Part shown: in pieces, positions 1 to 10,583 of the stretch
How the letters are laid out: each line of letters starts with the position of its first letter
Numbering within the stretch: position 1 is the stretch's first letter
IMG/VR virus record: IMGVR_UViG_3300002026_000256
Coordinates: 1 to 64,000 of that record
Reading direction: 5' to 3' (one strand)
Length of the DNA stretch: 64,000 nt
From: a virus
Taxonomy: Duplodnaviria > Caudoviricetes
Notes under the pieces: generated by a model
The model's database searches: none
Told to the model about the DNA's origin: nothing
What the model saw: the letters and a program-made list of their open reading frames with translations, nothing else
Position numbers and translations under genes: made by a program

Positions 1-124
1 AACTCGCCTTTGTTTAACTTACCGCCAACTAACCCCCATGAGCCAGAAAATCGACTTCCGTTGCGCAACAGAAATAAAAACCTCTTAGTTTTTTTACTAA
101 AGATTAGTGCACCAACATTTTGCT

Positions 125-1513
125 TTATGCTTGCAGAACGATTGTCCATGACCCTGGGGTGTATTTCCCCTCTATCGATTTTGTCCATAGTTTAGCTTCT
201 GGGTCCCATTTAAATTGTAGTCCTGATTTCATGTTAGTAACGTATTTAACGTCTGGTTGCCCAGCAGCGTTAAAAGATACTATCCAATGAGCGCCAGTAT
301 ATTCAATGATATCATACATTTTAGCAATTAAATTGCTGTTGTCTACACCTTTCCACGCAATCGCTGGATCAACGTTGCTCATTGAGCCAATATCATGCAA
401 AATTAAATATCTTGTGCCAGCTGGTACGTTGAGATATGTGGAATCAACTGGCATTGTAAACGGATCAATAATTGCATTTATTGGAGGCAGCGTGTTTGCT
501 GGTATAGTGTCAACATAAGGAGTAAACAGTAGTGTGTTTGGGTCAGTTGGATGGAAAGATACTGTCCCAACGACAACGCTTCCGTTTGATTGCTCTAGTC
601 TAACTTCAGTTAGTCCGTTTACTAATGAACCCCCGTAATTGTCAATTAGTTCTTGCCATGGATACTCAACACCTGTGATCGTAGTACCATCGTTTGTCTC
701 TATTATATTGCCGCCCTCTTGTACTAATCTTAACGTGTTCCCAAAATATACTAAACTAAAATTGAGTGGTGACAATACCTGCCGCGCCATCAGTGATGAG
801 TTTGCCAAATCTCCAGATAAATCTCCGTTGGCATCAAGCATACTAGATATAATACGTTGAATAACGCCCATTTTCTTAACTTTAACTGGCAAGCTTAACC
901 ATATAGGCAATTCAAATGTCATAGTTGCTATGTCAATTTGATTGCTAGATCCAGACGGTATTTGCCTTGACGACCAAACAGTGTTAGTTAAGTAAACTGC
1001 ACTTAGACTAGTCCAATCAACGTAGTTATCAGTACTTTGAATTTCAAATGCAGGGTTAAACAACGGAGTTATTTGCTCAATTAACTGTAATTTTTGTTCT
1101 GTGTTACTTGTCCACATGTCTGCCTTAAGGGTAAGCTTGTATGGCACCGGCATTGGACGTTCAACTGTAAACGCATCACCTTGATCGTGGCCCCAAGTGT
1201 CAGTTACATCGTCGTAAGACCGTTCACGCAAATGTAATTTGCTAACGTGGTATGGTTCTTGGACACGCGGTCTATCATAATCAAACCCTGCAATATATAC
1301 AGCAATGCATGGGACACTTGGTAGAGCGTTTTCTGAATTTCCGCTCAATATTGTGGCTACTTGACGTGACGAGTCACCATAAAACACTGGTACTTGCTGC
1401 AACGTGGTAAAACCATTGCGATCTTTGCCAAATTCTACCTGAAAGTGGCTAAAAATGCGTATAAATTGGATGATAAATCGCCGAATTTGCCCGTCGTAAA
1501 AAAATTGGTTCAC
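125..1513 (-). CDS. Tail completion / sheath terminator protein, T4 gp15-like
   Basis: 462-aa ORF starting MNQFFYDGQIRRFIIQFIRIFS with a PVPYKLTLKADMWTSNTEQKLQLIEQI..FNP segment typical of gp15-like proteins; lies next to neck genes. Confidence 0.6.
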   Translation of the reverse strand: MNQFFYDGQIRRFIIQFIRIFSHFQVEFGKDRNGFTTLQQVPVFYGDSSRQVATILSGNSENALPSVPCIAVYIAGFDYDRPRVQEPYHVSKLHLRERSYDDVTDTWGHDQGDAFTVERPMPVPYKLTLKADMWTSNTEQKLQLIEQITPLFNPAFEIQSTDNYVDWTSLSAVYLTNTVWSSRQIPSGSSNQIDIATMTFELPIWLSLPVKVKKMGVIQRIISSMLDANGDLSGDLANSSLMARQVLSPLNFSLVYFGNTLRLVQEGGNIIETNDGTTITGVEYPWQELIDNYGGSLVNGLTEVRLEQSNGSVVVGTVSFHPTDPNTLLFTPYVDTIPANTLPPINAIIDPFTMPVDSTYLNVPAGTRYLILHDIGSMSNVDPAIAWKGVDNSNLIAKMYDIIEYTGAHWIVSFNAAGQPDVKYVTNMKSGLQFKWDPEAKLWTKSIEGKYTPGSWTIVLQA

Positions 1514-1525
1514 TTGTATTACCTT

Positions 1526-2731
1526 TTAATAATCTGCTTTTGGTCTTAACGCATGTGACAACGATTGCCGCTCGTTAATAGTATCGCCGTTCTGAAGAAC
1601 ATATTGTTTTGTATTGTTTGCAAAACTGTTTCGTAATGTTTTGTTATCTGGATCGCCAGGTGTTAGATTTGACCGAACGTCATCTTCTATTTTAACCCAT
1701 CTACTACCGTTAAATCTAAACAACCTGTTTGGTAAGTAATCTAAACGCAAACAATAATCGCCCATGTACGGACTTGTAGGGAAACTTACCCCTGCTATTA
1801 CATTTAGCCCATTTGGGGCAAGCCCATCGCCGCTTAAATACCCAACTGGATTTTGTTGTTCAGCTGGTGAGTATGTTCCTTGGTCAGCAGTTAGCAAACT
1901 TGACGCAATTCTTGTCATGTTGTCTGCTGTATAATTAACTCGTTGGGTATCGCCGTTCTCATCAGTTCCAAATGAGTACAATTTACTAACATCGTACCCG
2001 CTCTTACCAACATCGGCGTCAGCTTGAATTAATACTGCCTCGTTTATCGCTATGTATTTGTCGTAAGTGCTTATTACATCTGCTAACGTTCCAGTGTCAC
2101 CAGGTGTGCCCATTGGCCCAGACGTATCAGTGCCAGTTGAAATTTGATTTAGAATATCTTTGTATTCTTGGCTGTCTACTAGCGGATTTAACTTAACGCG
2201 CCATAAATGTGGATACCAAGTTGGACTAAACCCTTCGGTTGCCCACGAACAGTCTTCTGCAACATAAAATCGTTTAAGTGCAGTAGCAGTGTCAAACACA
2301 TCGCTGTCTTTAAGGTGAAATAGCTCTATAACATCGCCGTTCATTATGCGGCGGCCTAATATTTCCTTCATCTCATTGTGATGAAAGGTCATTATAATAG
2401 TGCCAGATTGCAAAAAAATACCAAATTGCGTTAGGTCAAAATCATTATCACTGCGCTGGTAGATACCACGCATCAAATACACGTCAGTGTCATATTTTCG
2501 GTCTCTATTCTCAAGGAACAAAATATCTTGGATGTTAAATGGGCTGTCAGTAGCGTAAGTTGGTTTAGTTGCGTCACCTGTTGGGCCTTGATCCATTGGA
2601 CCTAAATATTTGTGGATACCCACGCCAGTGCCGCCCGCAACATACATTTCTGCGATTACACGGTCAATGAATTTAAAATCAGAGCCCTTGTTTTCCTTCC
2701 ACATCGATATCCTTGGCATAGTCAACCCCAT
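1526..2731 (-). CDS. Neck / head-closure protein, gp14-like
   Basis: 401-aa ORF; FDLTQFGIFL..MTFH..G.RIMNGDVIEL..HLWRVK pattern recalled from gp14-like neck proteins; next to the gp15-like gene. Confidence 0.5.
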   Translation of the reverse strand: MGLTMPRISMWKENKGSDFKFIDRVIAEMYVAGGTGVGIHKYLGPMDQGPTGDATKPTYATDSPFNIQDILFLENRDRKYDTDVYLMRGIYQRSDNDFDLTQFGIFLQSGTIIMTFHHNEMKEILGRRIMNGDVIELFHLKDSDVFDTATALKRFYVAEDCSWATEGFSPTWYPHLWRVKLNPLVDSQEYKDILNQISTGTDTSGPMGTPGDTGTLADVISTYDKYIAINEAVLIQADADVGKSGYDVSKLYSFGTDENGDTQRVNYTADNMTRIASSLLTADQGTYSPAEQQNPVGYLSGDGLAPNGLNVIAGVSFPTSPYMGDYCLRLDYLPNRLFRFNGSRWVKIEDDVRSNLTPGDPDNKTLRNSFANNTKQYVLQNGDTINERQSLSHALRPKADY

Positions 2732-2802
2732 TTATGTTGTATTTATGCAAAGATTTTAAAGAAGTTTACCTCTATTTTTAAGAAATGTAGTATAATCATT
2801 AA

Positions 2803-3048
2803 ATGGAAATAAAGACTTCGTTAGATTTTAATGATGTAGAGTACGAAATACTGCGAACATTAGTGAAAATTAGGAATCCTAGTAATCTAATGGAGGCGGC
2901 TAAACTGCTCAAAAACATTAGAGAAATGAATACGAAGTTATCACAATTAGAAGTTGAGGATCGTAGGCTACACGGCAGAAACAGGCACAATGTAGCAGAG
3001 CAAGTGTTGCTGATAAACAACGAACTTGAGAATTTACATATATTGTAA
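2803..3048 (+). CDS. Hypothetical protein
   Basis: 81-aa ORF filling the gap, divergent from the neck gene. Confidence 0.5.
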   Translation: MEIKTSLDFNDVEYEILRTLVKIRNPSNLMEAAKLLKNIREMNTKLSQLEVEDRRLHGRNRHNVAEQVLLINNELENLHIL

Positions 3049-3061
3049 CAAAGGATGTAGT

Positions 3062-4249
3062 ATGGTAACCGTTGCCGGAATCAAGATTAAAGCTAAAACT
3101 AAAAAAGAACCAACTATGAGCCGCCACGGCGCCCTTGGGGAGCCCGTGTGGGATGCTGATAGAGCAGTGTGTTTTGAAGATGCAGAATTTGATCACTATC
3201 TTCGTAAAAGTCTTAACTTTTACAACTACAACAATACACAAAAAGATTTGAAAAAGTATGTAGTGGCTTGGTTGAAAGAAAACACTAAATGGACTAAAGA
3301 GCAGCATGATGCGTATGCACTGACTACTCCGGAGCAAACACCAATGACATTGTGCAGCCTAGTTAAGGCTACGACAATGGGAATGCCAATGCGAGAAAAG
3401 CATAAGGCTAGCTTAATGGCAGAGCTTGAAAAAATTGTTGCTCCTATTGTTGAAGAACAACGTGCTGAACGTGCTAGAATCGCCGCTGCACTCAAAACAA
3501 CTAAGGGCCCGGTAGTGCATGCTCCTACTATTCAAGAGCGTCTTGCAGAGAAAACGGCAGAGGTAATTGGTGAGCTGGAAGGTCAAGTTGATAACGTATT
3601 CCATAATTTGCCAATTGAGTTTAAAATTTACGATTTTCTAACATCTCGTGGCGTAGCACAATCGCAAATTGGTAAAATTCGCGCAGTTTTTCAAAAGCAA
3701 ATTGACGAAATTACTGAGTTTGTCGCAGGCACTGACAAGCAACTTAACGAGGGATACTCCTTCCTTAAGAAAGCAGACTTGAAACGAATTGGTGACTTTT
3801 ATGTTAAGCTAATGGCTGATTTGGAAAGTTATACAGCCGTTAAGAAGGCAGTTAAGAAGGCAAAAGTTAAAAAACCAGTTGCTAAAGACAAGTTGGTAGC
3901 CAAAGTCAAATACATGAAGGAAGACAAGTCGCTTAAACTTGTTAGTATTAACCCAGTAAACATTGTTGGTGCTAAGGAACTGTGGTGTTTTGATACTAAG
4001 ACTCGCAAACTAATTCACTACGTTGCTGATCAGTATGCAATGGAATTGACAGTTAAAGGCACGACAATAATTGGATTTGATACTAGTGCAAGTGTGTGTA
4101 AAACACTGCGGAAGCCAGATGAGCAGCTCAAAGAGCTAATGAAAGCTGGTAAAGTGGCATTGCGCACATTTATGAAGGATATTAGGGCAGTAGAAGTTAG
4201 AGCGTCAGGCCGAATTAATGAGCATCAGTTGCTGCTTAAGGTAGGTTAG
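3062..4249 (+). CDS. Hypothetical phage protein (Lys-rich C-terminus)
   Basis: Long ORF; ATG at 3062 follows AAGGA, preferred to the track start at 3026. Confidence 0.7.
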   Translation: MVTVAGIKIKAKTKKEPTMSRHGALGEPVWDADRAVCFEDAEFDHYLRKSLNFYNYNNTQKDLKKYVVAWLKENTKWTKEQHDAYALTTPEQTPMTLCSLVKATTMGMPMREKHKASLMAELEKIVAPIVEEQRAERARIAAALKTTKGPVVHAPTIQERLAEKTAEVIGELEGQVDNVFHNLPIEFKIYDFLTSRGVAQSQIGKIRAVFQKQIDEITEFVAGTDKQLNEGYSFLKKADLKRIGDFYVKLMADLESYTAVKKAVKKAKVKKPVAKDKLVAKVKYMKEDKSLKLVSINPVNIVGAKELWCFDTKTRKLIHYVADQYAMELTVKGTTIIGFDTSASVCKTLRKPDEQLKELMKAGKVALRTFMKDIRAVEVRASGRINEHQLLLKVG

Positions 4250-4267
4250 CATTTGGGTGGTCTCTAG

Positions 4268-4275
4268 TATAAATA
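4268..4275 (+). promoter_or_regulatory. T4-type late promoter TATAAATA
   Basis: Exact TATAAATA upstream of the neck gene; exact copies also at 10572, 21704, 24621, 33061 and 45931. Confidence 0.65.
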
Positions 4276-4295
4276 ATAGATACTACGAGACCACT

Positions 4296-5072
4296 ATGCC
4301 AACAGTACCAGATTATCCAGAATTACCAACTCTCAGCGATCAAAAGAAAGATGTAATTGATTACATACGGTTACGTCTTGGCGATCAAATGGTTGACGTT
4401 GAACTAGACAAAGAACACTATGACATGGCAATTAAGCAAGCACTGCTCCGTTATCGGCAACGTGCTGAACGGGCAGAAGAAGAATCATATTGCTTCCTGG
4501 ACTTAGTTGCAGACACACAGGAATACATTCTACCACGTGAGATAATGTTCGTTAAAGCAATTCATCGTCGTGGGTTGGGTGGGTTAACAAGTGCAACACA
4601 ATTTGAGCCATTTAGTTCTGGGTTCCTAAACACCTACATGTTAGTTGCAGGTCGTGTGGGCGGGCTAGTTGGGTACGAATTGTTTGTTGACTATCAAAAG
4701 TTAACTATGAAAATGTTTGGTGGGTACATTACGTTTACATTTAACCCAGCGACAAAAAAATTGGTAGTTAATCGCCGCATGCCAAGCGAGCGTGAAACTG
4801 TATTGCTGCAAGTGTATAATTACAAGCCAGATCAAGTAATTTTAAACGATAGTCGCGCATTTCCGTGGATTCAAGACTATGCGTATAGTGTTGCAAAGCA
4901 CAGTTTGGGTGAAGCAAGAGAAAAATTTGCTACTATTGCTGGGCCACAAGGCGGCACTTCGTTAAACGGCGCTGCACTAAAGGCTGAGGCAAAAGAGGAA
5001 ATGGTTGCTCTTATGGAAGATTTAGGCAAATACGTTGACAGCAGCACACCGTTAACTTGGGTAGTTGGGTAA
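4296..5072 (+). CDS. Neck / head-tail adaptor protein, gp13-like
   Basis: DYIRLRLGD.MVDVELD.EHY..AI..AL..Y N-terminus and C-terminal GPQGGTSLNG..LKAEA.EE motif; ATG at 4296 follows the late promoter. Confidence 0.65.
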   Translation: MPTVPDYPELPTLSDQKKDVIDYIRLRLGDQMVDVELDKEHYDMAIKQALLRYRQRAERAEEESYCFLDLVADTQEYILPREIMFVKAIHRRGLGGLTSATQFEPFSSGFLNTYMLVAGRVGGLVGYELFVDYQKLTMKMFGGYITFTFNPATKKLVVNRRMPSERETVLLQVYNYKPDQVILNDSRAFPWIQDYAYSVAKHSLGEAREKFATIAGPQGGTSLNGAALKAEAKEEMVALMEDLGKYVDSSTPLTWVVG

Positions 5073-5118
5073 CCAAAATTATTTGGTTTTTATCGTAGCG
5101 TGTGCTACAATATGCAAT

Positions 5119-5457
5119 ATGCATATTACAAGCGTGAATCAACATACGACAAGCAATTTTGATGTTCACGTTTCTTTTGAACTTAGCGATGATGTGTCAG
5201 GATCTGCAGAAACATATTACGAAAATGTTATAGCAGAGATGTCTGAGTGGGCTAGTAAATCTTTCACTGACAGTTTTGTGTTAATTGAGTATGCATCAAA
5301 AATCATTGCTGGTGGGGCAATAGACAATGTACTAGCGTGGGAAGAAAAATGGTATGAAGATAATGGATATTCAAGTACACTAAAATATCAAATACGTGGT
5401 TCGACACACGACATTACTTTATTTTTATTAAAATACAAAAGCGAGAAAAAATTATGA
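5119..5457 (+). CDS. Hypothetical protein
   Basis: In-frame ATG at 5119; ATGA overlap with the next gene. Confidence 0.55.
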   Translation: MHITSVNQHTTSNFDVHVSFELSDDVSGSAETYYENVIAEMSEWASKSFTDSFVLIEYASKIIAGGAIDNVLAWEEKWYEDNGYSSTLKYQIRGSTHDITLFLLKYKSEKKL

Positions 5458-6089
5458 CAATAGTTTCAATAAGTGGTCTTATTGGTAGCGGTAAAGACAC
5501 TGTGTCAGATTACCTAGTGACAATGCATGGATTTAGACGAGAATCATTTGCTGGTACTCTTAAAGATGCTGTTGCAGCAGTGTTTAGTTGGGATCGTGAT
5601 ATGCTAGAGGGTAAAACTGCAGAAGCAAGAGCAGAACGAGAAAAAGTTGACCATTGGTGGGCAAAAAAATTAAACATGCCACATCTAACACCGCGTTGGG
5701 TTTTACAATATTGGGGAACTGATGTATGCAGAGCAGGATTTCATGATGATATTTGGATTGCAAGCCTTGAGCGAAAACTAGAGCAGATGCGGCAATCTGA
5801 CATTGTCATAAGTGATGTTCGGTTTGTTAACGAGTTGGATATGTTGTCTAATGCTGGGGCAATAACTGTTTGCGTAACCCGTGGGAGCAACCCAGTTTGG
5901 TGGGACATTGCACAGCAAGCACAGTATGATGCTAATGCAGTGCAAACAATGAGTTCATTGGGAGTTCATAGATCAGAGTGGGATTGGGTTGGGTGCAACT
6001 TTGATGTAGAGTTGAATAATGATGGTACTAAAGATGATTTGTATAATCTAGTAGATACTAAAATTCTTAAAAATCTGGAGATAGCGTAG
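5454..6089 (+). CDS. Deoxynucleoside monophosphate kinase (T4 gp1-like)
   Basis: GLIGSGKDT P-loop, SFA..LKD, TPRWVLQYWGTD..R and ISDVRF.NE motifs. Confidence 0.85.
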   Translation: MTIVSISGLIGSGKDTVSDYLVTMHGFRRESFAGTLKDAVAAVFSWDRDMLEGKTAEARAEREKVDHWWAKKLNMPHLTPRWVLQYWGTDVCRAGFHDDIWIASLERKLEQMRQSDIVISDVRFVNELDMLSNAGAITVCVTRGSNPVWWDIAQQAQYDANAVQTMSSLGVHRSEWDWVGCNFDVELNNDGTKDDLYNLVDTKILKNLEIA

Positions 6090-6377
6090 TGGGTGACGCA
6101 ACCCATTGTGACTTAGATTTGACTACCTCTATTGCACAATTTGCACACACAGTTTTTAAATTTAACCAATCGTTGTTCTCACTATCACCGTCAACATGAA
6201 ACACAGATGATTGCTCAAAAAACTTAAATTTAAAATTACATTTTTCACACTTGTCTTTTTTCTTATAGCCAGCCCTGATCCAACCAGCAGGGGCTGGCTT
6301 TTTCTTTTTCTTATAACATTGACTTTAATTGCAACCAATTTTACTTTACAACATGGGCATAATTTTTGCTCTAACAT
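6067..6377 (-). pseudogene. Frameshifted Zn-finger/HNH-like protein
   Basis: Frame 1 MLEQKLCPCCKVKLVAI; a second frame continues SQCYKKK..KCEKCNF..VFHVDGDSENNDWLNLKTVCANC..SPDF* (HNH-type HVDG..NN..NL..VC..C). Confidence 0.65.
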
Positions 6378-6478
6378 ACTAATATTTATAGCAAGGCTTT
6401 ATAAAGCACCCGTCAAGACGCGGTTTTTTCACTTGGATCGATAAATATCTTTAACATGTTATTAAGGAGTATCCTACT

Positions 6479-9400
6479 ATGTTAGTATCCCCAGGTCTAG
6501 AGATTACCGTATCCGACGAGTCGCAATATGTATCGACTGCCGTTGGAACAGTACCATTTGTGTTGTTGGCAACAGCACAGGATAAAATTTTTAATGGTTT
6601 AGTTGCACCATACACTACAAAAGAGTTTGCAGGCAAACTAGTTGCAGTTACAAGCCAACGTGATTTAATTACAAATTTCGGTTATCCTGATTTTAAACAA
6701 AGTGCTTCTGGTACTCCATCCCATGGCAATGAGTTGAACGAATACGGATTGATGGCTGCATACAGTGCGTTAGGTGTAGTAAACCGTATGTTTATTATCA
6801 GGGCTGACATTGACCTTGACCAATTAGCTGGAACATCAATACGCCCAATTGGTAACCCTACTGATGGAACACATTGGCTAGATTTAACAAGCTCGGCATG
6901 GGGTGTGTATGAATGGAATGCTGTAACACAAACGTTTGTGAACAAAGCTCCGCTAATTATTACGTCAACTACAAATGTTACTAATATTGCTGGAATTTTA
7001 ACACCAAACTCTAGTGTTGGTAGAATTGGTTCTTACGCAATTGTTGCAAATAGTCCAAATAATTACTTGTTCTATAAACGTTTAGATAACAACTGGGTCC
7101 AAGTAGGAAGTACTGATTGGCAAAATTCATTCCCAGCAGTTCAAGGTACTGTATCTAGTCCAACGATTACACCAGGTAGCCAAATGACAATTAACGCCGT
7201 TACTGTGTCGTTTATTGGCTCATCGACTGCATTGGCAGTGTCTAGCATTAACAGTGCTAATATCCCAGGTGTTACTGCTGGTACGTCAAATAATAAAGTA
7301 GTTTTGTTTGTAACTAACGATGCTAAGAGTGACGGTGTTACTGCTGATGGTTTGCTTAAAATTGTAGACGGACCAGGATCCCCTGCATTTGCAATGGGCA
7401 TTCAAACTACATTTACTAATTTTTCTGGAGTTGTTGAGCAATATATTACTACTTCTCCAGCATTAGAATTTGGTGGTTATGTACAAATTCCAGACTGGAG
7501 AATTACTGATGATACTCCACGTCCAAGCGGTAGCGTTTGGGTTAAGACATCTGTTCTTGGCGCAGGCGCAAATTTAAGTTTCAAAGTATTTAACGAAGCA
7601 GATGATGTTTGGACTCCGATTGCTGCCCCTATTTTTAGTGATGAGGCGGAAGCAATTTACCAACTTGATCGGTTTAACGGTGGTTTTAGTATTGAAGCAG
7701 GTTCTTTATATGTATTGCGTGATGTACTTAATAACGGCACTGTAACTTATCGTCCGTATTTCCGTGAAACGCAAGGGTCAATGTCTATTTTTGGTAATGT
7801 ACCAAATTCACCAATGGTATTTGTTACTGGTGATGCATTTAGAATTAAATCATCTTTAACTGGTCAATCATCGTTGCTTGACAATGTTATTACGTTAAGC
7901 GGACCATCGTCTGATGATTTTGTTAGTGCATTGTTAGCAGCTAACATTCCAGATATTTCTGCTACTATTGAAGCAACTGGTGCTATTACATTACATCATA
8001 GGCAAGGCGGCGTAGTTGAGTTACAAAATGTAGTAGGTACTCCGTTAACTACTGCTGGATTTACATCAGCTACTGTTGGATTACGTTACAAGCCAGGAAC
8101 TAACATTTTAATTGGTAGCAACTTTGCTCCATTAGTGTATACCTATTCATTCTCTCAACCATATACTGCACCAGAAGATGGTACAATGTGGTATTACAAC
8201 AGTCCATTAGATGTTGATATCATGATAAATGATACAACTGGATGGAAAGGATACAAAAATGTATCAAGGGATGCACGTGGTTTTAACTTAACACAAACTG
8301 ACCCTGCTGGTCCAATAATGGCACCAATAGCTCCAATTACTCAAGCAGATACGACTCCGTTGGTTGCAGGTGACTTATGGATTAATACTGGTGATTTAGA
8401 AAATTATCCTTTAATTTCACGTTGGACAGGCCACAAATGGCAGCTACTTGATAACACTGATATTATAACACAAAATGGTATTGTGTTTGCTGATGCACGT
8501 TGGGATACCAGTGGTACTGTTGACCCAGCTGCTGGTAGAGTGTCTGAAATTGCTGACATGTTAACAAGTAATTATAAAGATTTAGACTGCCCTGACCACA
8601 GATTATATCCACGTGGAACTTTATTGTTTAACACACGCCGTTCTGGCTTTAATATTAAACGGTATATGTCTAACTATTTTAATGAGCATTCATATCCAGA
8701 TCAAGCAATGATTGATCCGGTAACTGGGCATGACAACTTGCCAGTACAACGTGCTACATGGGTTACTTCAAGTGGTTTACAAAATGATGGTAGCCCATAC
8801 ATGGGACACAATTCACAGCGTATTATGGTCGTTAAAGCAATGCGCGGTGCGTTAGATGCTAACGATATCGTACGTGAAGAAAGTTTCCAGTTCAACTTAA
8901 TTGTTGCTCCTGGGTACCAAGAACTTATTAGTAACATGGTTATGTTAAACAACGACCGTAAGAATACAGCGTTTATTATTGGTGATACACCAATGGATAT
9001 GCCTGCTAAGATTATGGACTTTACTGCATGGTCTAACAATACCACTGGTAAAGGTTTGTCTACAGCAGACCCATACTTAGGTGTTTACTACCCACACGCT
9101 TTAACTAATGACTTGCAAGGTAACACTATTATGATGCCAGCAAGCCATATGATTTTACGTGCCGCTATTAAATCAGACCAAGTTTCATATCCATGGTTTG
9201 CATACGCTGGAACACGCCGCGGAACAATTGATAATGCAACTGACATTGGTTACGTTGATCGCCGCCGTGGTAGCTTTGTGCGTAACGGTGTTAACCAAGG
9301 ATTGCGTGATGCATTGTATCAGTTAAACATTAACCCATTGACGATTCTTCCAGGTGTTGGCTTAGTTAACTTTGGCAATAAGACACGTAATGGTTTTGCT

Positions 9401-9733
9401 AGCTCAATGGATCGCGTAAACGTTGCACGTTTGATTAACTACATCCGTACAATTCTTGCGCACGTTGGTGATGGATTCTTGTTCGAACCAAATGATGCTA
9501 TTACACGTAATCAGATTCGCCAAGTAATTTCTGGTGCTATCAATGACTTAATCGCAAAACGTGGTATTTACGACTACTTGGTTATTTGTGATGAGACTAA
9601 TAATACAAATGATCGTATTGCTCGTAACGAGTTGTATGTTGATATTGCAATTGAGCCAATGAAAGCTGTTGAATTTATCTACATTCCAATTCGCTTGAAG
9701 AACCCAGGTGGTATTAAGGCTAGCGGTAAGTAA
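6479..9733 (+). CDS. gp18: Tail sheath protein (gp18-like) with large central insertion
   Basis: Starts MLVSPGLEITVSDESQY; C-terminal RVNVARL..YI..FLFEPND..R..YLVICDETNNT..IARNELYVDIAIEP.KAVEFIYIPI. Confidence 0.95.
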   Translation: MLVSPGLEITVSDESQYVSTAVGTVPFVLLATAQDKIFNGLVAPYTTKEFAGKLVAVTSQRDLITNFGYPDFKQSASGTPSHGNELNEYGLMAAYSALGVVNRMFIIRADIDLDQLAGTSIRPIGNPTDGTHWLDLTSSAWGVYEWNAVTQTFVNKAPLIITSTTNVTNIAGILTPNSSVGRIGSYAIVANSPNNYLFYKRLDNNWVQVGSTDWQNSFPAVQGTVSSPTITPGSQMTINAVTVSFIGSSTALAVSSINSANIPGVTAGTSNNKVVLFVTNDAKSDGVTADGLLKIVDGPGSPAFAMGIQTTFTNFSGVVEQYITTSPALEFGGYVQIPDWRITDDTPRPSGSVWVKTSVLGAGANLSFKVFNEADDVWTPIAAPIFSDEAEAIYQLDRFNGGFSIEAGSLYVLRDVLNNGTVTYRPYFRETQGSMSIFGNVPNSPMVFVTGDAFRIKSSLTGQSSLLDNVITLSGPSSDDFVSALLAANIPDISATIEATGAITLHHRQGGVVELQNVVGTPLTTAGFTSATVGLRYKPGTNILIGSNFAPLVYTYSFSQPYTAPEDGTMWYYNSPLDVDIMINDTTGWKGYKNVSRDARGFNLTQTDPAGPIMAPIAPITQADTTPLVAGDLWINTGDLENYPLISRWTGHKWQLLDNTDIITQNGIVFADARWDTSGTVDPAAGRVSEIADMLTSNYKDLDCPDHRLYPRGTLLFNTRRSGFNIKRYMSNYFNEHSYPDQAMIDPVTGHDNLPVQRATWVTSSGLQNDGSPYMGHNSQRIMVVKAMRGALDANDIVREESFQFNLIVAPGYQELISNMVMLNNDRKNTAFIIGDTPMDMPAKIMDFTAWSNNTTGKGLSTADPYLGVYYPHALTNDLQGNTIMMPASHMILRAAIKSDQVSYPWFAYAGTRRGTIDNATDIGYVDRRRGSFVRNGVNQGLRDALYQLNINPLTILPGVGLVNFGNKTRNGFASSMDRVNVARLINYIRTILAHVGDGFLFEPNDAITRNQIRQVISGAINDLIAKRGIYDYLVICDETNNTNDRIARNELYVDIAIEPMKAVEFIYIPIRLKNPGGIKASGK

Positions 9734-9736
9734 ACA

Positions 9737-9764
9737 AATAAGAGCGTAGCGATACGCTCTTATT
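9737..9764 (+). terminator. Intrinsic terminator hairpin after sheath gene
   Basis: AATAAGAGCGTA-GCGA-TACGCTCTTATT perfect 12-bp stem followed by T residues. Confidence 0.75.
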
Positions 9765-9869
9765 TTACGAGAACATTATTAAGTGCTCATATAATTGTTT
9801 ATACTAAATAGAGTTTTTTTGCTTTATTTGAACTAAATATTAATAAGCAGCACAACAAGGAGAATTATT

Positions 9870-10496
9870 GTGTCAATAGCATCATTATTAAAACATTCGG
9901 TACCGTTACCGACAAATCAAAGTGCATCTAACCAAGGTTTGCTAATGCCAAAGTTAAAGTTTCGCTTCCGCGTTACTTTTGAAAGCTTTGGAGTTAATAC
10001 AAACAAGGTAGAGTTAACTAAACAAGTTGTGGATTTTAAACGTCCAAATCCAACGTGGGAACCAATTGAACTTCCAGTGTATAACAGTAAAGTTACTATC
10101 CTTGGAAAATATACTTGGGCAGATTCTACTTGCACATTGCGTGATGACGCAGTTGGCAATGTATCAAAATTAGTTGGCGAGCAAATTCAAAAGCAATTTG
10201 ACTTTATGGAACAAGCTAGTGCAGCTTCTGGTATTGATTATAAGTTTGTTACCCGTTTAGAAATATTAGACGGTGGCAATGGTAAATTTGAACCAGCAGT
10301 GCTAGAAACATGGGAAATGTATGGTTGCATGTTAACCGGAGTTGACTATGGTGATATGAACTATGGTACAAATGAAGCAGCAACAATTGCGTTAACAATA
10401 AAATACGATAACGCATTGCAGAAATCAGACGGATCTGGAGTTGGCGCAGATATTGGTCGTACACAAGGTGTACAATCAACTGGTGTTAGTGCATAA
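9870..10496 (+). CDS. gp19: Tail tube protein (gp19-like)
   Basis: Follows sheath; PKLKFRFRVTF, KRPNPTWE, W..C.L..D, ETWEMYGC.LT.VDYGDMNY..LTIKYDNA; GTG start with AAGGAG. Confidence 0.9.
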   Translation: MSIASLLKHSVPLPTNQSASNQGLLMPKLKFRFRVTFESFGVNTNKVELTKQVVDFKRPNPTWEPIELPVYNSKVTILGKYTWADSTCTLRDDAVGNVSKLVGEQIQKQFDFMEQASAASGIDYKFVTRLEILDGGNGKFEPAVLETWEMYGCMLTGVDYGDMNYGTNEAATIALTIKYDNALQKSDGSGVGADIGRTQGVQSTGVSA

Positions 10497-10517
10497 CAAA
10501 AACTTACACACATTAAG

Positions 10518-10542
10518 AAAAGGAACCATAACGGTTCCTTTT
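10518..10542 (+). terminator. Intrinsic terminator hairpin
   Basis: AAAAGGAACC-ATAAC-GGTTCCTTTT. Confidence 0.7.
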
Positions 10543-10583
10543 CGTCATTATGTAGTTAGTTAATTTTTTGATATAAATACTAT